Shown piece after piece: positions 40,698-52,621 of a stretch of DNA of 64,000 nt. Both the position numbers and the translations under genes were made by a program. Position 1 is the stretch's first letter, and every line of letters starts with the position of its first letter. The stretch is from Oikopleura dioica (lineage: Eukaryota > Animalia > Chordata): contig OU015568.1 in the NCBI GenBank assembly GCA_907165135.1, forward strand, positions 8,246,001 to 8,310,000. Reading direction: 5' to 3'. The notes under the pieces are model-generated. The model searched no databases. It was not told where the DNA came from and was given only the letters and a program-made list of their open reading frames with translations.

Positions 40698-40943
40698 ATG
40701 AATCGCAGCGCACCAGTCTCAGAAGAATTTCCTTTTCTCGACTTGATTTGCAAAATCAACGAAGAAATCATCAGCCAGAACAAAGCTGCTACAACCCTTG
40801 TTGCACTCGCGATCGCTGGTTACTGCTGGATGGCAATCAAGATTTGCAAGATGAAGCCAAAGAAGAAGTCGACTGCGAAAAGAGCCTCGATCGTCGTTAC
40901 TGATTCTGATCCTGCTTTGTCTCCTCAAGATTCTTGGGTATGA
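40698..40943 (+). CDS. Small single-pass membrane protein (81 aa)
   Basis: TM LVALAIAGYCWMAI followed by basic KMKPKKK. Confidence 0.55.
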   Translation: MNRSAPVSEEFPFLDLICKINEEIISQNKAATTLVALAIAGYCWMAIKICKMKPKKKSTAKRASIVVTDSDPALSPQDSWV

Positions 40944-41344
40944 TATGCTTTCTATCCTGCTCGAACTCCTGCTTGTTAAACACGTTGGATTCTTTTTTTA
41001 GTTTTTATTGTGTCTGTGATTTGATAAATATGATTTGGAACTGTTAAGAAATATATATTTCAATAAATTTGAACATGATTAGGCACTTGAAGTTAAATAT
41101 TTATGGCAAAAAAATATCAGTTTTTGGCTAGTTTTGAAGTGGCAGGTTGTTATTCGCTTGCAAAAAAGATTAGCTGTTTTACATAAGGTTTTATCGTTGA
41201 CGTTTCAATTATGTTTTATCAATAAAATATCAGTTATGGCTAGTTATGAAGTGGCAGGTTACAATACGCTTGAATTAGCTAGTTTCAATAAGGTTAACGT
41301 TTCAATTATGTTTTCCGTGAAAAGTAAAATGATCTTGCAATATT

Positions 41345-41796
41345 CTACTCTTCCATCATGTCGATCTGGTCACCATCACATTCCATCTCTTCATCCACGC
41401 TGTCGACTTCCATTTCCTTGTTCACGCTGTCGATTTCCATTTCCTCGTTCTCGGTATCTACATCCATTTTCGCGGTCATTTCCCATTCCATTCCTTCGTT
41501 GTTTATTTTCATCTTGGCCATCATTTGTGTTGCTAGCTCGACATCCTTGTTGAATTCTACTTCAGCTTTAATTTGATTAACTTTTGAATTTCGGCTGTTA
41601 AAATACCTTTGATAAGGATGAATAGGTCGGAAACTGAGCGAAGATTTTCGTTTTTGATTGCGTCTATGATCTTTCGCTCCCACGGGGTCAAGGGGCGCTC
41701 GGAATCGAGTTCTCTCATCTTGCTTCGCTCTGCGCTTTTTTTGGCGCCAGTTTGGCTGGTCCTGCGGTGCGCGCGCCTGCCGCAGGCTAGGTTCAC
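41345..41796 (-). CDS. Hypothetical 2-exon protein, basic N-terminus and EMEVD-like repeat tail
   Basis: ORFs 41557-41796 and 41345-41683 separated by a short GT-AG intron-like gap; EEMEID/KEMEVD/EEMECD repeats. Confidence 0.45.
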
Positions 41797-42008
41797 GCGT
41801 GCGGGGGTTGAAAAGGCGAATCAGCGGAGCGCCCGCTCAAGGGCGGGCCAATTTCAAGCACGCACTTTGCCCTGCACTTGCATCTTCGAAAGAGAATCAT
41901 TCTGCAGAGAAACAAAAAGAGAAATATCGAAATTTCCTTTCTGCCTTTCAATTTAAATTCTTAGGCTGACTATAAATAATAAATAGAGATAAACTGTCAT
42001 ATATCAGC

Positions 42009-42127
42009 AGCCGCAAGCGGCTTGTTGATTAAGCAAGTCTTTCTGATTCTTATATACGCAGTCGCGAGCGACTTCTTGATTTTTTTTTAGCTCATCTGAT
42101 TTTTTCTTTACGCAGCCGCAAGCGGCT
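42009..42127. promoter_or_regulatory. Three spaced 14-bp dyad motifs AG(C/T)CGC(A/G)AGCG(G/A)CT
   Basis: Copies at 42009, 42060 and 42114 between divergent genes. Confidence 0.45.
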
Positions 42128-42198
42128 TCTCGATTTTAAATTATCTTCTCTTCAACTCTTTACTTTTAATAAGAGCTAAACAAGTTTTGGGTTCAGAG

Positions 42199-42825
42199 AT
42201 GAGACGATTCGTTGTTCATCTCCCAGGTGGAGACGATGATGTCTCGACGACTGACTTTCCCTCGACGTCCAAGACTGGCTTACCCTGGGAGTCCACCACC
42301 AGCACAGCCGAGGAAATGACAAGGACTTTGTTAGACAATCCAAAGTCGGACAACTCAAGCTTGCTCAAAGCAGCCTGCTTGCAAGGTAACCGCGAGTGTA
42401 TGAGCGATAGTTTCAATTATCTTACTTAGCCGCAATCGGGTCAACGATCTGGCTCATACTCATTCTGATGTACAGATATCGAGTGCGTATAAGAACCTGG
42501 ATCTGGGACTGCAAGAGAATTCTCACCCAGGGAAGTCCTCACCCGAAAGGTAAATTTCAATTCTTTAGTCTCGAACTCATACAAGAATAATAGATAACAG
42601 AAAAGACGAAACAATCAAAGAAGACGAAGGTTCAAGAAAGGACGAGGGCAAAAGGAACGATGAAGACATCCAGGAAGTTGACGAGAGCAAGCCAAAGAAG
42701 AAGAAAAAGTATGAAGAATGGGGTCCAAACGAGAAGCACGAGTTCGTGATGCCCGAGTGGCTCAAGTGGAACGGTACCTGGCGAAAGAAAAAAGAAGATG
42801 GAAAGCCAAAAATTCAGGAAGTCTG
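42199..42825 (+). CDS. Single-pass membrane protein, T/S-rich N-terminus, charged tail, 3 exons
   Basis: Spliced reading ...KAACLQ|AAIGSTIWLILILMYRYR...|DNRKDETIKEDEG...PKIQEV*. Confidence 0.5.
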
Positions 42826-42889
42826 AAAAGAACTGTTGACATGAAAGTTTTTGAATGATGATAGCGAGTTTAATGCAATACTTTTTCAT

Positions 42890-43350
42890 TTAAAAGACTG
42901 AATCTCGGGTGATTATGTGCGACTCGTGGACTGACTACAGATTCGATTACATCGCCCAAGACGAGCTTGAAGAATTTTGCTCCTGCCAAGGTAAAGCCTT
43001 TCAATAAAGAATTTTTGCTATTTACGACTCAAGCCACATTTACTAAAAGCTTTCATACAGTCATTAAATTTGAGAGATATATTTCTACAGAGCTCCATTT
43101 ATACGATTCTTAGAGCCGGCGATGAAAGCAAAGATCGAGGAGATTATGAACATCTCAATTCTCGCTGCCGTTGGCGTCTCGATCCTGATGATGATCATCC
43201 TCGTCTGCCTCATCGTCAAGAAGCAAAAGAATGAACCTCCACGAAGAAGTAAGCAAATATCAAAAAAACTTTATCTCAATTCAACTTAGACTTGCTGATC
43301 TCACGACCTGTTCATCTTCCAGAAGACATCTAAACTCCTTGAAAACAAAG
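42890..43350 (+). CDS. Single-pass membrane protein, multi-exon
   Basis: CDSWTDYRFDY..FCSCQ|EPAM..ISILAAVGVSILMMIILVCLIVKKQK. Confidence 0.5.
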
Positions 43351-43652
43351 TAAGTTTTTTGAAATTATTTTCTCTCATTTCTAATTCACTTGAAGGCTCT
43401 CACATCTTTGTTGCCGCTCTTCTTCTCATTCCTGTGTGCGAAACGACAATCCTCCTTCTTCCATCTCTCAACCTTTGTGTGCTTCTCCCGTGTGCCGATT
43501 CAATACCTTCTTTCTTCCCAATCTACAGGACATTCACTCTCTTCCTCCGTGTGCCATCCTTTCAATATCCCGTGTGCCGCCATCAATTTCTTCATCTAAA
43601 AGGACACTCTCTTAAACATTTATTTCTATTTAATTTCAGAGAGTAAAAAAGA

Positions 43653-44630
43653 ATGATGGGTCGAAGACCAATACCAACGATTTCTCCTACGACAGCTACA
43701 ACAGAAACAGGCCTGGAAACAACAACTTCTCCTGAGACAGACAGCGGCAAGACAGACGTGATTTTTTTGTATCTCATACGCAGAACAAGGGTTCAGACAA
43801 TCTTAAAGAGTTTTCTTTTTCACGAATTTTCGAACCCAGTTCAGACTGCTTAGTTAAGTTTTTCTCAAAAGAGGTTGCTCTCATCGTAGTGATTTTGGTC
43901 TGGCTTTACTTCGTTTTTCGTCTTGTAATTCAAGGTGAATTGATTTCCTGCTCCGTAAAAACTAAAATTGAGTTTCAGCCATTGTCCATGTTATTACCAT
44001 CCGACACGCTCGTCAGCCAGAAAATCAGCCACCAGCAACAGAACCGCCAGCAAGTCGACAATCAGAAGCTCATCAGCCACAAGGCAGCCTACCAGGTTTG
44101 AGATGTCCTGAAAAACAGCTTATTATATGATATTTAGTACAATCTCCTTCTCCTGAACTCGAGTGGGACGGTTCATTTGACGCCTTGCCCCTTGACCTGT
44201 CCTCGACCGCTCCAAGATCGAATACCAATCTCCTCACTCCGTCTTCTGCTTCCCCTGCTGCCAACAATCCGACTACTGCGACACGCGATCCGACGGTCAA
44301 CTCTGCTGCTTCCGCTCTCAATCTAACTCCTGCCCGTCAAACTGACAATTCCGCCGCTCGCCTTTCTGCTCGCAAACCAAGTGCCGCTTCTTCAATTGCT
44401 ACGCCTTCAGTTTCGCCAGCAAACCCTGCCACTTCCGGCCTCCGAAAAGCTCCAAAGAAAACTTCCACCCGCCTTGCCGAGCCAAAAATCACAAACAGTC
44501 AACCGACCTCCATGGAATGGATCAGTTCGCACGACTTCCGCCGCGACAACAAAGACTCAAACCAAGCGAGACGTTGAGCAACCAGGTTAAAGACACCAAA
44601 AGAAAATTGAACTAACAAACATTCTAGCTC
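43653..44630 (+). CDS. Mucin-like single-pass membrane protein with Pro/Ser/Thr-rich tail, multi-exon
   Basis: PTTATTETGLETTTSP; VALIVVILVWLYFVFRLVIQ|AIVHVITIR; low-complexity tail. Confidence 0.45.
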
Positions 44631-44891
44631 GAGCAGTTCGCCAGCGTAAACAGACGTCCTCCCTGTCGATCAACCATTCCCGGAAAAAATATTAGCTGCC
44701 TTTTCAAATGCCTTCCTTTTCTTTGACTGATAATATAGAACATAAGCTATCTACCGAAAGTCCAGATAAAGAATCTCAGAGGTTTGCAGGAATATATACA
44801 AATATTTTATGCATAAATACTATAGAAACATCAAAAATGAAAAGTTAAGGGAGTTTAAACGCAAATCTTTATATTATTGGCCGGAAGGTAG

Positions 44892-46115
44892 CCAAATTTG
44901 GAAATATGTATATTGATATACATGTTTTCTTTTTCCTCAGAGAAAATTTTTGAAACGAGATATGATATTTTTCTTTCTTGATTTTTGAAGCTTAAGAACT
45001 ACTCTTTAAAAGCCATCATTATAAAAATCTCTGGCATGAATGGTTCCACCAGAAAATTTGCGTCAAAATTGACCGAAAACCGAGAATTTTCGGAAAAATT
45101 CTGAAATTTCGATTTTTCGAAAACCATCAAAATATTCGCTTAAATTGTCTCTTATGGATGTTTTTCACCAGAAATGGCAAAAAAGGCTAGAAACAACAAA
45201 CCGTGAAAAAATCATCCAAATTTGGAAATATGTATATTGATATACATGTTTTCTTTTTCCTCAGAGAAAATTTTTGAAACGAGATATGATATTTTTCTTT
45301 CTTGATTTTTGAAGCTTAAGAACTGCTCATTAAAACCCATTATTATTAAAATCTGTGGAATGAATGGTTCTTCCAGAAAATTCGCGTCGAAATTGGCCAA
45401 AAATCGAGAATTTTCGGAAAAATTCTGAAATTTCGATTTTTCAAAAAACCGTCGTAATATTCGCTTAAATTGATCCTTATGGTTGTTTGGTCACTAAAAA
45501 TGGTAAAAAACATCTAGAAACAACAAACTGAGAAAAAAATATTTGATTTTGGAGAAAAAATCATCCAAATTTGAAAATATGTATATTGATATACATGTTT
45601 TCTTTTTCGTCAGAAAGAAATTTTGAATAGAGATATGATATTTTTCTTTCTTGTTTTTTGAAGCTTGAGAGCTACTCTTCAAAAGCCATCATTACACAAA
45701 TCTGTGGAATGAATGGTTCCACCAGAAAATTTGCGTCAAAATTGACCAAAAATCGAGAATTTCCGGAAAAATGCTGAAATTTCGATTTTTCAAAAACCGT
45801 CGTAATATTCGCTTAAATTGATCTTTATGGTTGTTTGGTCACTAAAAATGGTAAAAACAGCTAGAAACAACAAACTGAGAAAAAATATTTGATTTTGGAG
45901 AAAAATCATCCAAATTTGAAAATATGTATATTGATATACATGTTTTCTTTTTCGTCAGAAAAAATTTTGAACAGAGATATGATATTTTTCTTTCTTGTTT
46001 TTTGAAGCTTGAGAACTACTCTTTAAAAGTCATCATTACACAAATCTCTGGCATGAATGGTTCCACCGGAAAATTCGCGTCAAAATTCACCAAAAATCAA
46101 GAATTTTCGGAAAAC
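44892..46115. repeat. AT-rich tandem array, ~3.6 units of ~325-350 bp
   Basis: ccaaatttg(g/a)aaatatgtatattgatatacatg recurs at 44892, 45216, 45565 and 45910. Confidence 0.85.
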
Positions 46116-46451
46116 CGAAAACTTTCATTTTTGGGAAAGAAAGTTCCACTTTCATTTTTCTTCATCAAAGAAAATGTTTATAAACAATATGCAGGGTCGA
46201 TTGCTCTGTCTTTGCCTCAACGATAAATAAATTACTTTTGAAATTTTATTTCTTTGTTTATTTGGAGACTGGCAGAAAGTGATGTACTAAAGAAACATGT
46301 GGAAAGTTATTGAGAATGATAAAGCAGTGCCATACATCCGAGACGAGGGAAAAAAATGCAAAGAAAAAGAAAGATAGTGAGAAAGGCGCAGAAAAGGGGA
46401 GAAAAGCAGGACATGGATACTCGTCAATCGAGTAAGGGAGTCTTCGTTGTT

Positions 46452-46985
46452 TCATTCCAGCTGGTAAGTGTAGATTTGCAAGGTTCCAATGGTCAAATCA
46501 GGCTTGATCTCCAGGGCGACATCGAATTTGGGATTCTTGATTTTGTATTTTTTTCCCTCGTCTCGAATGTATGGCACGTCTGTATCAATCACTTGCCGAA
46601 AGTCACCGCTGCCGCGGAAGATTACGGAGACGTGGCGACTTCTTGTCATCGAGCGTTCCCGAACTTTGACGGTTCTTCCTTCGTAATTTTTTGATCGGCA
46701 TGACGCGAGGTTGATTTTGTAGAAGCATGGATGGTCCTGCATTCCAAGTGGATACGTGATGACCTGAAGAAGGTCCGTCTTGAATCCGCGCATGACGACC
46801 GGACCTCTCCAGTCAAGAAGGCCAGGGAGAGATTTCGAGCGTTTTATCCATCTCTCAAGGTATTTCGTCGATCCGCTCACTTCACGCTCCATGGACCTCG
46901 CTATGTCCATGTGATTGTATTCAGCTTTATTCTCTTTTTCGACGTCGCTGTCAGCAAGATTCATGGAGGAGAACTTGTCATTCAT
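46452..46985 (-). CDS. Hypothetical protein (177 aa ORF) inside Polinton
   Basis: ATG-initiated ORF; no recognisable domain. Confidence 0.5.
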   Translation of the reverse strand: MNDKFSSMNLADSDVEKENKAEYNHMDIARSMEREVSGSTKYLERWIKRSKSLPGLLDWRGPVVMRGFKTDLLQVITYPLGMQDHPCFYKINLASCRSKNYEGRTVKVRERSMTRSRHVSVIFRGSGDFRQVIDTDVPYIRDEGKKYKIKNPKFDVALEIKPDLTIGTLQIYTYQLE

Positions 46986-47189
46986 TTTCTGCTTGCAAAA
47001 AGAGTGTTTCGATTTTGATACTTCTGCCCAAAACTCTCTGCTTTTATCAGTATCTTCATTTCTAGCGCCTCCATTAGGCCATATGGCACCTGCAAGATTT
47101 AACGCAGCTTAAATTTCATGCACTGGATTTTATTGAGAACAGCTTGCCTAGGTGCACAGGGAAAGACAGATTGCAGCGTTTAAAAAGTT

Positions 47190-47801
47190 TTACTCGATTC
47201 CAGTTTCATGAACGATGTCCATAAAGTTGGTGTACTCAAACGGCAAATTGCAGAAGGAGCATCTTTTGAATTCACGTCGGATTTTCTCGTAGCATTTCGT
47301 GCAGTAGAAGTGTTTGCAGGGGCTGTGTGTCTAATAAAAGCGTCCGTTAAAAATGTGAAGAAAAAAAGTTTAAGTTACCATTGGTTCTTCTTCTCCATGG
47401 CAAATCATGCAGTTTTTCATCTCTTCATCGTCGATCTGTCTCGCAGCCATTCTTCTTTGTCGAAGTTTCGTAACCAGTGATCCAAAGCAGTCTGCAATCG
47501 AAAAAGTTTTGCAGAAATCCGAAACTGTAAGTGGGTACGAAAAATACTCGTCGTCGCATTTGATAGCCTGTTTCTCGAAAGCTCTCCATTCTTCGGGCGT
47601 CAAAGGGACATACGCTTGTCCTTTGCACAATTCACAATGTGAATATCTTGTAGCTTTCGTTCCCTCTTCGTTCTTTGCATACTTCACGTCGGGATGAAAA
47701 ACACCGAAATTCCGAGTAATTTTCTTATTGCATTGCAGGCAGAAAATTACAATCTCATCTTCGGTGAAGTCTTCATTTATAAGGTAGTATTTCCGTGGCA
47801 T
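47190..47801 (-). CDS. C3HC4 RING-finger protein with N-terminal CxxC pair (187 aa, 2 exons)
   Basis: Intron 47331-47378 joins CMICHGEEEPM|THSPCKHFYCTKCYEKIRREFKRCSFC; N-terminal CLQC...CELC. Confidence 0.8.
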
Positions 47802-47989
47802 TTTAGATGAAAAGTTTGCGAGCACGAGTTTTTTTATAATTCGAGGTTGAGCCCAAACTCTTGATGGCGCCGAGTTTCGCGGCGTGCTTTCAGATTTGTG
47901 GCGTTCTTTCCGGTTACGCAGTGTGCGTTCAGAGCTCAATTGCGACGCTAGAAATTCAAAATAAAAAGTCTGGGTAGAGAAGAAAAAGA

Positions 47990-48493
47990 ATGAAAAAGTA
48001 CTATTTGAATTTTTCCGAGATGGAATCGTCTGACAGCGAGGTCGAAGAGGTCGAACAGACAAACACCGGACTGGAATTTCTGCTCAGGAACGCCCGATCT
48101 CACCCACTCCCTCAATTACGTCCTTTCTTGGAAGAAATCTATCACTTCTCAGAGCGCGAACCGTGGATACTCAAGTTCAAGGGATTTTTCCTGGTTAAAA
48201 GCGACTCAGGGATCTTTCAACTGGTCAAGTTTCCCCTTGGACCTCGTCATTGCTGGACCTTGGAAACGACCATTGGATCGGACCACCTCACCGATCTGGA
48301 CAACCGTCTCTGTGCGCGAATCGCGGAGCAAGAAAACAAAGTCCTTGTCGTTGTTGATTCAGCCGTACTTATGGTCAACTCAGTTCCTCGACGACGATCC
48401 CGACTTGAAAACGACGGCTACGAGCTTGCCCTCTCGATTGAAAACGGCTTAGCTGTATTTTACTCTGTTGGAACCTACTCACTTGTTGTCTAA
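47990..48493 (+). CDS. Hypothetical protein (~160 aa) upstream of pPolB
   Basis: Open frame with acidic N-terminus; no recognised domain. Confidence 0.5.
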   Translation: MKKYYLNFSEMESSDSEVEEVEQTNTGLEFLLRNARSHPLPQLRPFLEEIYHFSEREPWILKFKGFFLVKSDSGIFQLVKFPLGPRHCWTLETTIGSDHLTDLDNRLCARIAEQENKVLVVVDSAVLMVNSVPRRRSRLENDGYELALSIENGLAVFYSVGTYSLVV

Positions 48494-48629
48494 TACAGTT
48501 TTTCTCCATACCTTTTTGTTGATTTTTATTTATAAGCAGGAAGTTGACCTTGTTGTATTGGTTGAGCCGGTGGCGCAGGTGAACTCGAGTGGAAAACGAT
48601 AATAAAAAGAGCAATCGTTTTGATTGAGC

Positions 48630-51600
48630 ATGAAGAGATATAATTTGTATTTTCCTGGATTAAATCCATGGATAACTTTGGGAGAGATCCAGAGATTTGG
48701 CGGCGATTTCAAAACCTTATTCAAGGACGGAAAACTCGCAGAGTCTCGATTTATTTCTCATATTCATAATCTTTCATTAGTGCATTCGGCGTTTAGCAAG
48801 GAAGAGATCATAGCATTTTACAACCTTGACATTGTCAACGTAAAATCTAAGTTCAAACATACGATAAAACTCGTTCTTCTTGAGGAAAGTGTTCTGAGAA
48901 GAACAAGCGTTATAATCGAAGAGGGTGAATGCTATTTTTATCTTTACCCATTTGACACATTTCTCGCAAAATTATACAGAAAGAAATCCAATATCAATAG
49001 CATAAATGATTTCTCATTCAAAATAGATGGTCTGAGTCTTTTTGAAGGACCAAATGATGTTTTTTCGAAAGATCTATCAAAAATTGCGAAAAAACTTGCA
49101 GCAGAGGTAAATTTTTTCCAATTAATCACTAATCACATGAATCTTTACAAACTTGAGCTACTACAAACTTTTTCAAGCGATAAAAACTCGAGGATCCTCA
49201 ATTTTATTGTTGATAAAGACGAACTTCTTTCCACAAATAAGCTTAATCTAAGATATATTTTTGATATGAACAGTTTGGGCAATGTGTACAAATGTTCGAA
49301 CTCCCTCTGTGGATTTGAAACCTTTTTCGAATCATACTTGCAGAATCATGAAAAGGGATGTCAAAGGCGAGTAAAAAAGATCACTCCTAATCAACGAGTC
49401 TACGGTACATCAATTAATCCGATTGAAGAGGCGATTCAAGCTGGGTTTCTTTCACCTGAGATGAGAAAATACAGAAAAACCAGATTTAGTAAGTTTCATC
49501 TATGATGACAAAAAATAAAAGGTTTAAGTCACTTTTGATATCGAGACCATGGAGCGTCAGATTGAAGAAACCAACAAGTCAACAACAGTTCACTCTGAAC
49601 TTCGACTTCTTTCAATCGGAATAGGAAGCAACTTCGGATACCAGCGATTCTTGATCCGACGGAATGACGAGAATGACGGGGCAAAAGAGCTTGTTCAAAG
49701 ATTTGTTGACGAAATTGAATCTCTTGCAGTCGCTGAAGAAAATTATCTCCCATCTGAGCTAAGAGACTCGATTCAAAACCTCCAAAACATCGATATGAAT
49801 TCAGGTAGTATTTTTCTCCCAATAGTTGCTGACAATTTTGAAGTGCATGCTGAGCAAAAGATGAAAATCCGATATTTACGTCGAGAACTCACAAATTATG
49901 CAAAAATGGACATCTTTGGTTTCAATAGTGCTAAGTTTGATTTGAAAGTCTTAAGTCCGTATCTTATCCCAATTTTGATGAAAAAACACGGGTCCAAATT
50001 TACAAGTATTAAAAAAGGCAGTCATTACTTCTCTATGTCAACCCCGAAATATCAATTCAAAGATGCAAAACTTTTTAGCACTCCAACTGATCTTGCTGGA
50101 TATCTTAAACAAGGAGGAGTCGACGAAGGAAAGGCGATTTGGCCTTATGAAAAATATCATAGCGTTTTTGATATCATGAATGACAAGAATTTTCCTCCTC
50201 GAGAGGATTTCTTCTCGAGTCTTAAAAATAAAGCTATTTCAGAAGAAGATTATGAAATTTTCAAAGATGAATTTAACAAAAATCAAAGAAGAGACCCCCA
50301 TTATTCCATGGCTCATTGGCTTCAGCACTACAATTTGGCAGATGTCACTCCTTTTGCGAAAGCCATCGACAATCAATTCAAATTATTCTTTGAGACTTTC
50401 AAAATTGACCCTTCTTTTTGCATGAGTCTACCAAAATTTGCGATGGCGTGCGTTTTTGAAGGGTATTCGAAAGATTCACCGCTCACATGTAAGTTATTTT
50501 TTGTGAAATTGATTTTAATAATATTTTTCAAGTTTCCTTCCACCGTACTTGTCACAAAGAACATAAACTTCTCCGCGATAATATCATCGGTGGTCTGGTA
50601 AACGTCTATTCTCGCTACACTGAGCTTCGACCCGAGGTGGACGCTCCGAGAAATGCCAAGTTCGCGCCAAATGGGGATCCTTTTACAAAGATAGTCTTTT
50701 TTGACTTCAATGCTTTGTACTTGTACGCACAGAAGATGCTATTACCGTCCACTCCAGGTAATTTTTTTACTGTTTCTGAGCTCACTCTTATGATAAGGTA
50801 TCAGATGGCAGAAAATCGACAATACCGTCTTTCGAAAATCCATAATGACGTCGGACAACTCTCTTGCTGCGCTTCAATGGCTTACATACATTGACGAGTT
50901 CAGCCCCTTGTTGGTTCAGACTAATGGAGAGCGGGTCCGACTTGAGCATCAGTATTTCAGGGGAGAGCACCAGGTCCTTAATTATAAAATTGACGGGTAC
51001 GCTTGTGTTGATGGACAGCATCATTATTTCGAGTTTTTAGGATGTTATTTTCATCAATATTGTGTTGATTGCAACCCCGGTCAGATTGACCATGGGTTTG
51101 AGAAGAAACGTCGAATTTTGTCCAGAAAAGGGACTGTTCACATCATGCGAGAATGTGAATGGGTTCACCGACGAAATAAATATTATGTTGACCGAGTTTC
51201 TAAATATTGGGGACATATTTTCAAGCTGAAAGAATCAGAAAAAAGCATTCTTGAAGGAATAAAAAATGATGAGATATACGGATTTATCGAGGCCGATGTT
51301 TCTTGTCCGAAAGAAGTTTTTGATCAGATTTCGTACATAAATTTTCCTCCGGTCATTCAGCGTATGAAAATCACTGACGAGCATTTGAGTTCATATATGA
51401 AAGCTCAGTTTGAGAAAACTGGAAGCAAGTGCGACCAGGAAACTGTTGTTCAGACTTACAATGGTAAGAAAATGTTTCTCTTGACAACATTAGTGAAATT
51501 TTATCTTGAACTTGGTTTGGAAATAACAAATATTCGATCTTTTACTCAATTTCGAGCGACCAAAAGTCTAAGCGATTATGCCAATAATATAACCAATGGT

Positions 51601-52559
51601 CGCGTAAACGCCCTTGATGCCAATAACTCTGCTCTCGCTTTGGCTTTTAAGACCATCGGAAATTGCGGAGGATTTGGGAAGGCGATCGAGCAAGTTGATC
51701 GTCCAAATACAAAATTCAACGACGATAAACAGCTCAAGAAATCTATTGTTAAACCAACTTATAAATCATCGGAGGCTCTCTGTCAAGAAAACGGAGAGTA
51801 TGAAATTTCAGAGGTCATTTTTGACAAGTTGCGGATCAAAGATGATAAGCCAACTGTTCTCGGTGTGGCTATTCTTCAAAATTCAAAACTCCATTTTCTC
51901 TCCTTTGTTTACAATTTTCTTCACAAATACCTGAGACCTGGGTCCTACAAGCTAAACTACTGTGATACTGACAGCTTAGCAATATGTAAGTTTGTATTTT
52001 CTGCCACTTATAAAAATATTTCAGCGTTTACTCGAAGCGGAACGGATGGACAAACAACAAGGTCACAGATGGAAGCCGCTCTGCTACCATGTGTTCGAGA
52101 GGAGCTTATGGAAGAGTTTCTTCAAGTTTGGCACAAATGGATTGTTCTTGAAGACACCACTCTTAATCATAAAACTCCTGGTCTTCTCAAAGGTTTGATC
52201 ATTTTGCATCTGGATTTTAAACTCTAATAGCTGAGTGGCAAACAAATAACGGCGCCCTTGTCTGCCTCGGAAACAAGATGTACTTTGGCTTTGATGAAGA
52301 AAAGAAAGAGAGCAAGCGATCGACGAAAGGAGTTCCTCATAATCACGAGCTCAAACTTCAAGAATTTCTCGACTGTTTAAAAGGGACCATTGCCACAAAT
52401 AATACTTGTCAAGTTCGCATGTTACGCTCGACCAACGACAATATTGTTAAGCGGATTTCGATTGAAAAAAAAGTTCTTTCGAATATTTTTGTTAAACTTC
52501 GAGTCATGTCGGACGGCGTGACATGTAAACCACTGACCCTTGACGGTAAAATCCTTTAA
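48630..52559 (+). CDS. pPolB: Protein-primed family B DNA polymerase (~1242 aa, 6 exons)
   Basis: After splicing: TFDIET (ExoI), FNSAKFD (ExoII), YNLADV (ExoIII), IIGG, FDFNALY, KTIGNCGGFGK, YCDTDS, KMY, KGV; introns 49489-49528, 50489-50532, 50758-50797, 51986-52024, 52193-52230. Confidence 0.93.
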
Positions 52560-52621
52560 TCTGTTCCATTTCAATAAATCTTGGTGCATATATATCAACT
52601 GGCTTCACTCTTTTTTGCAAA

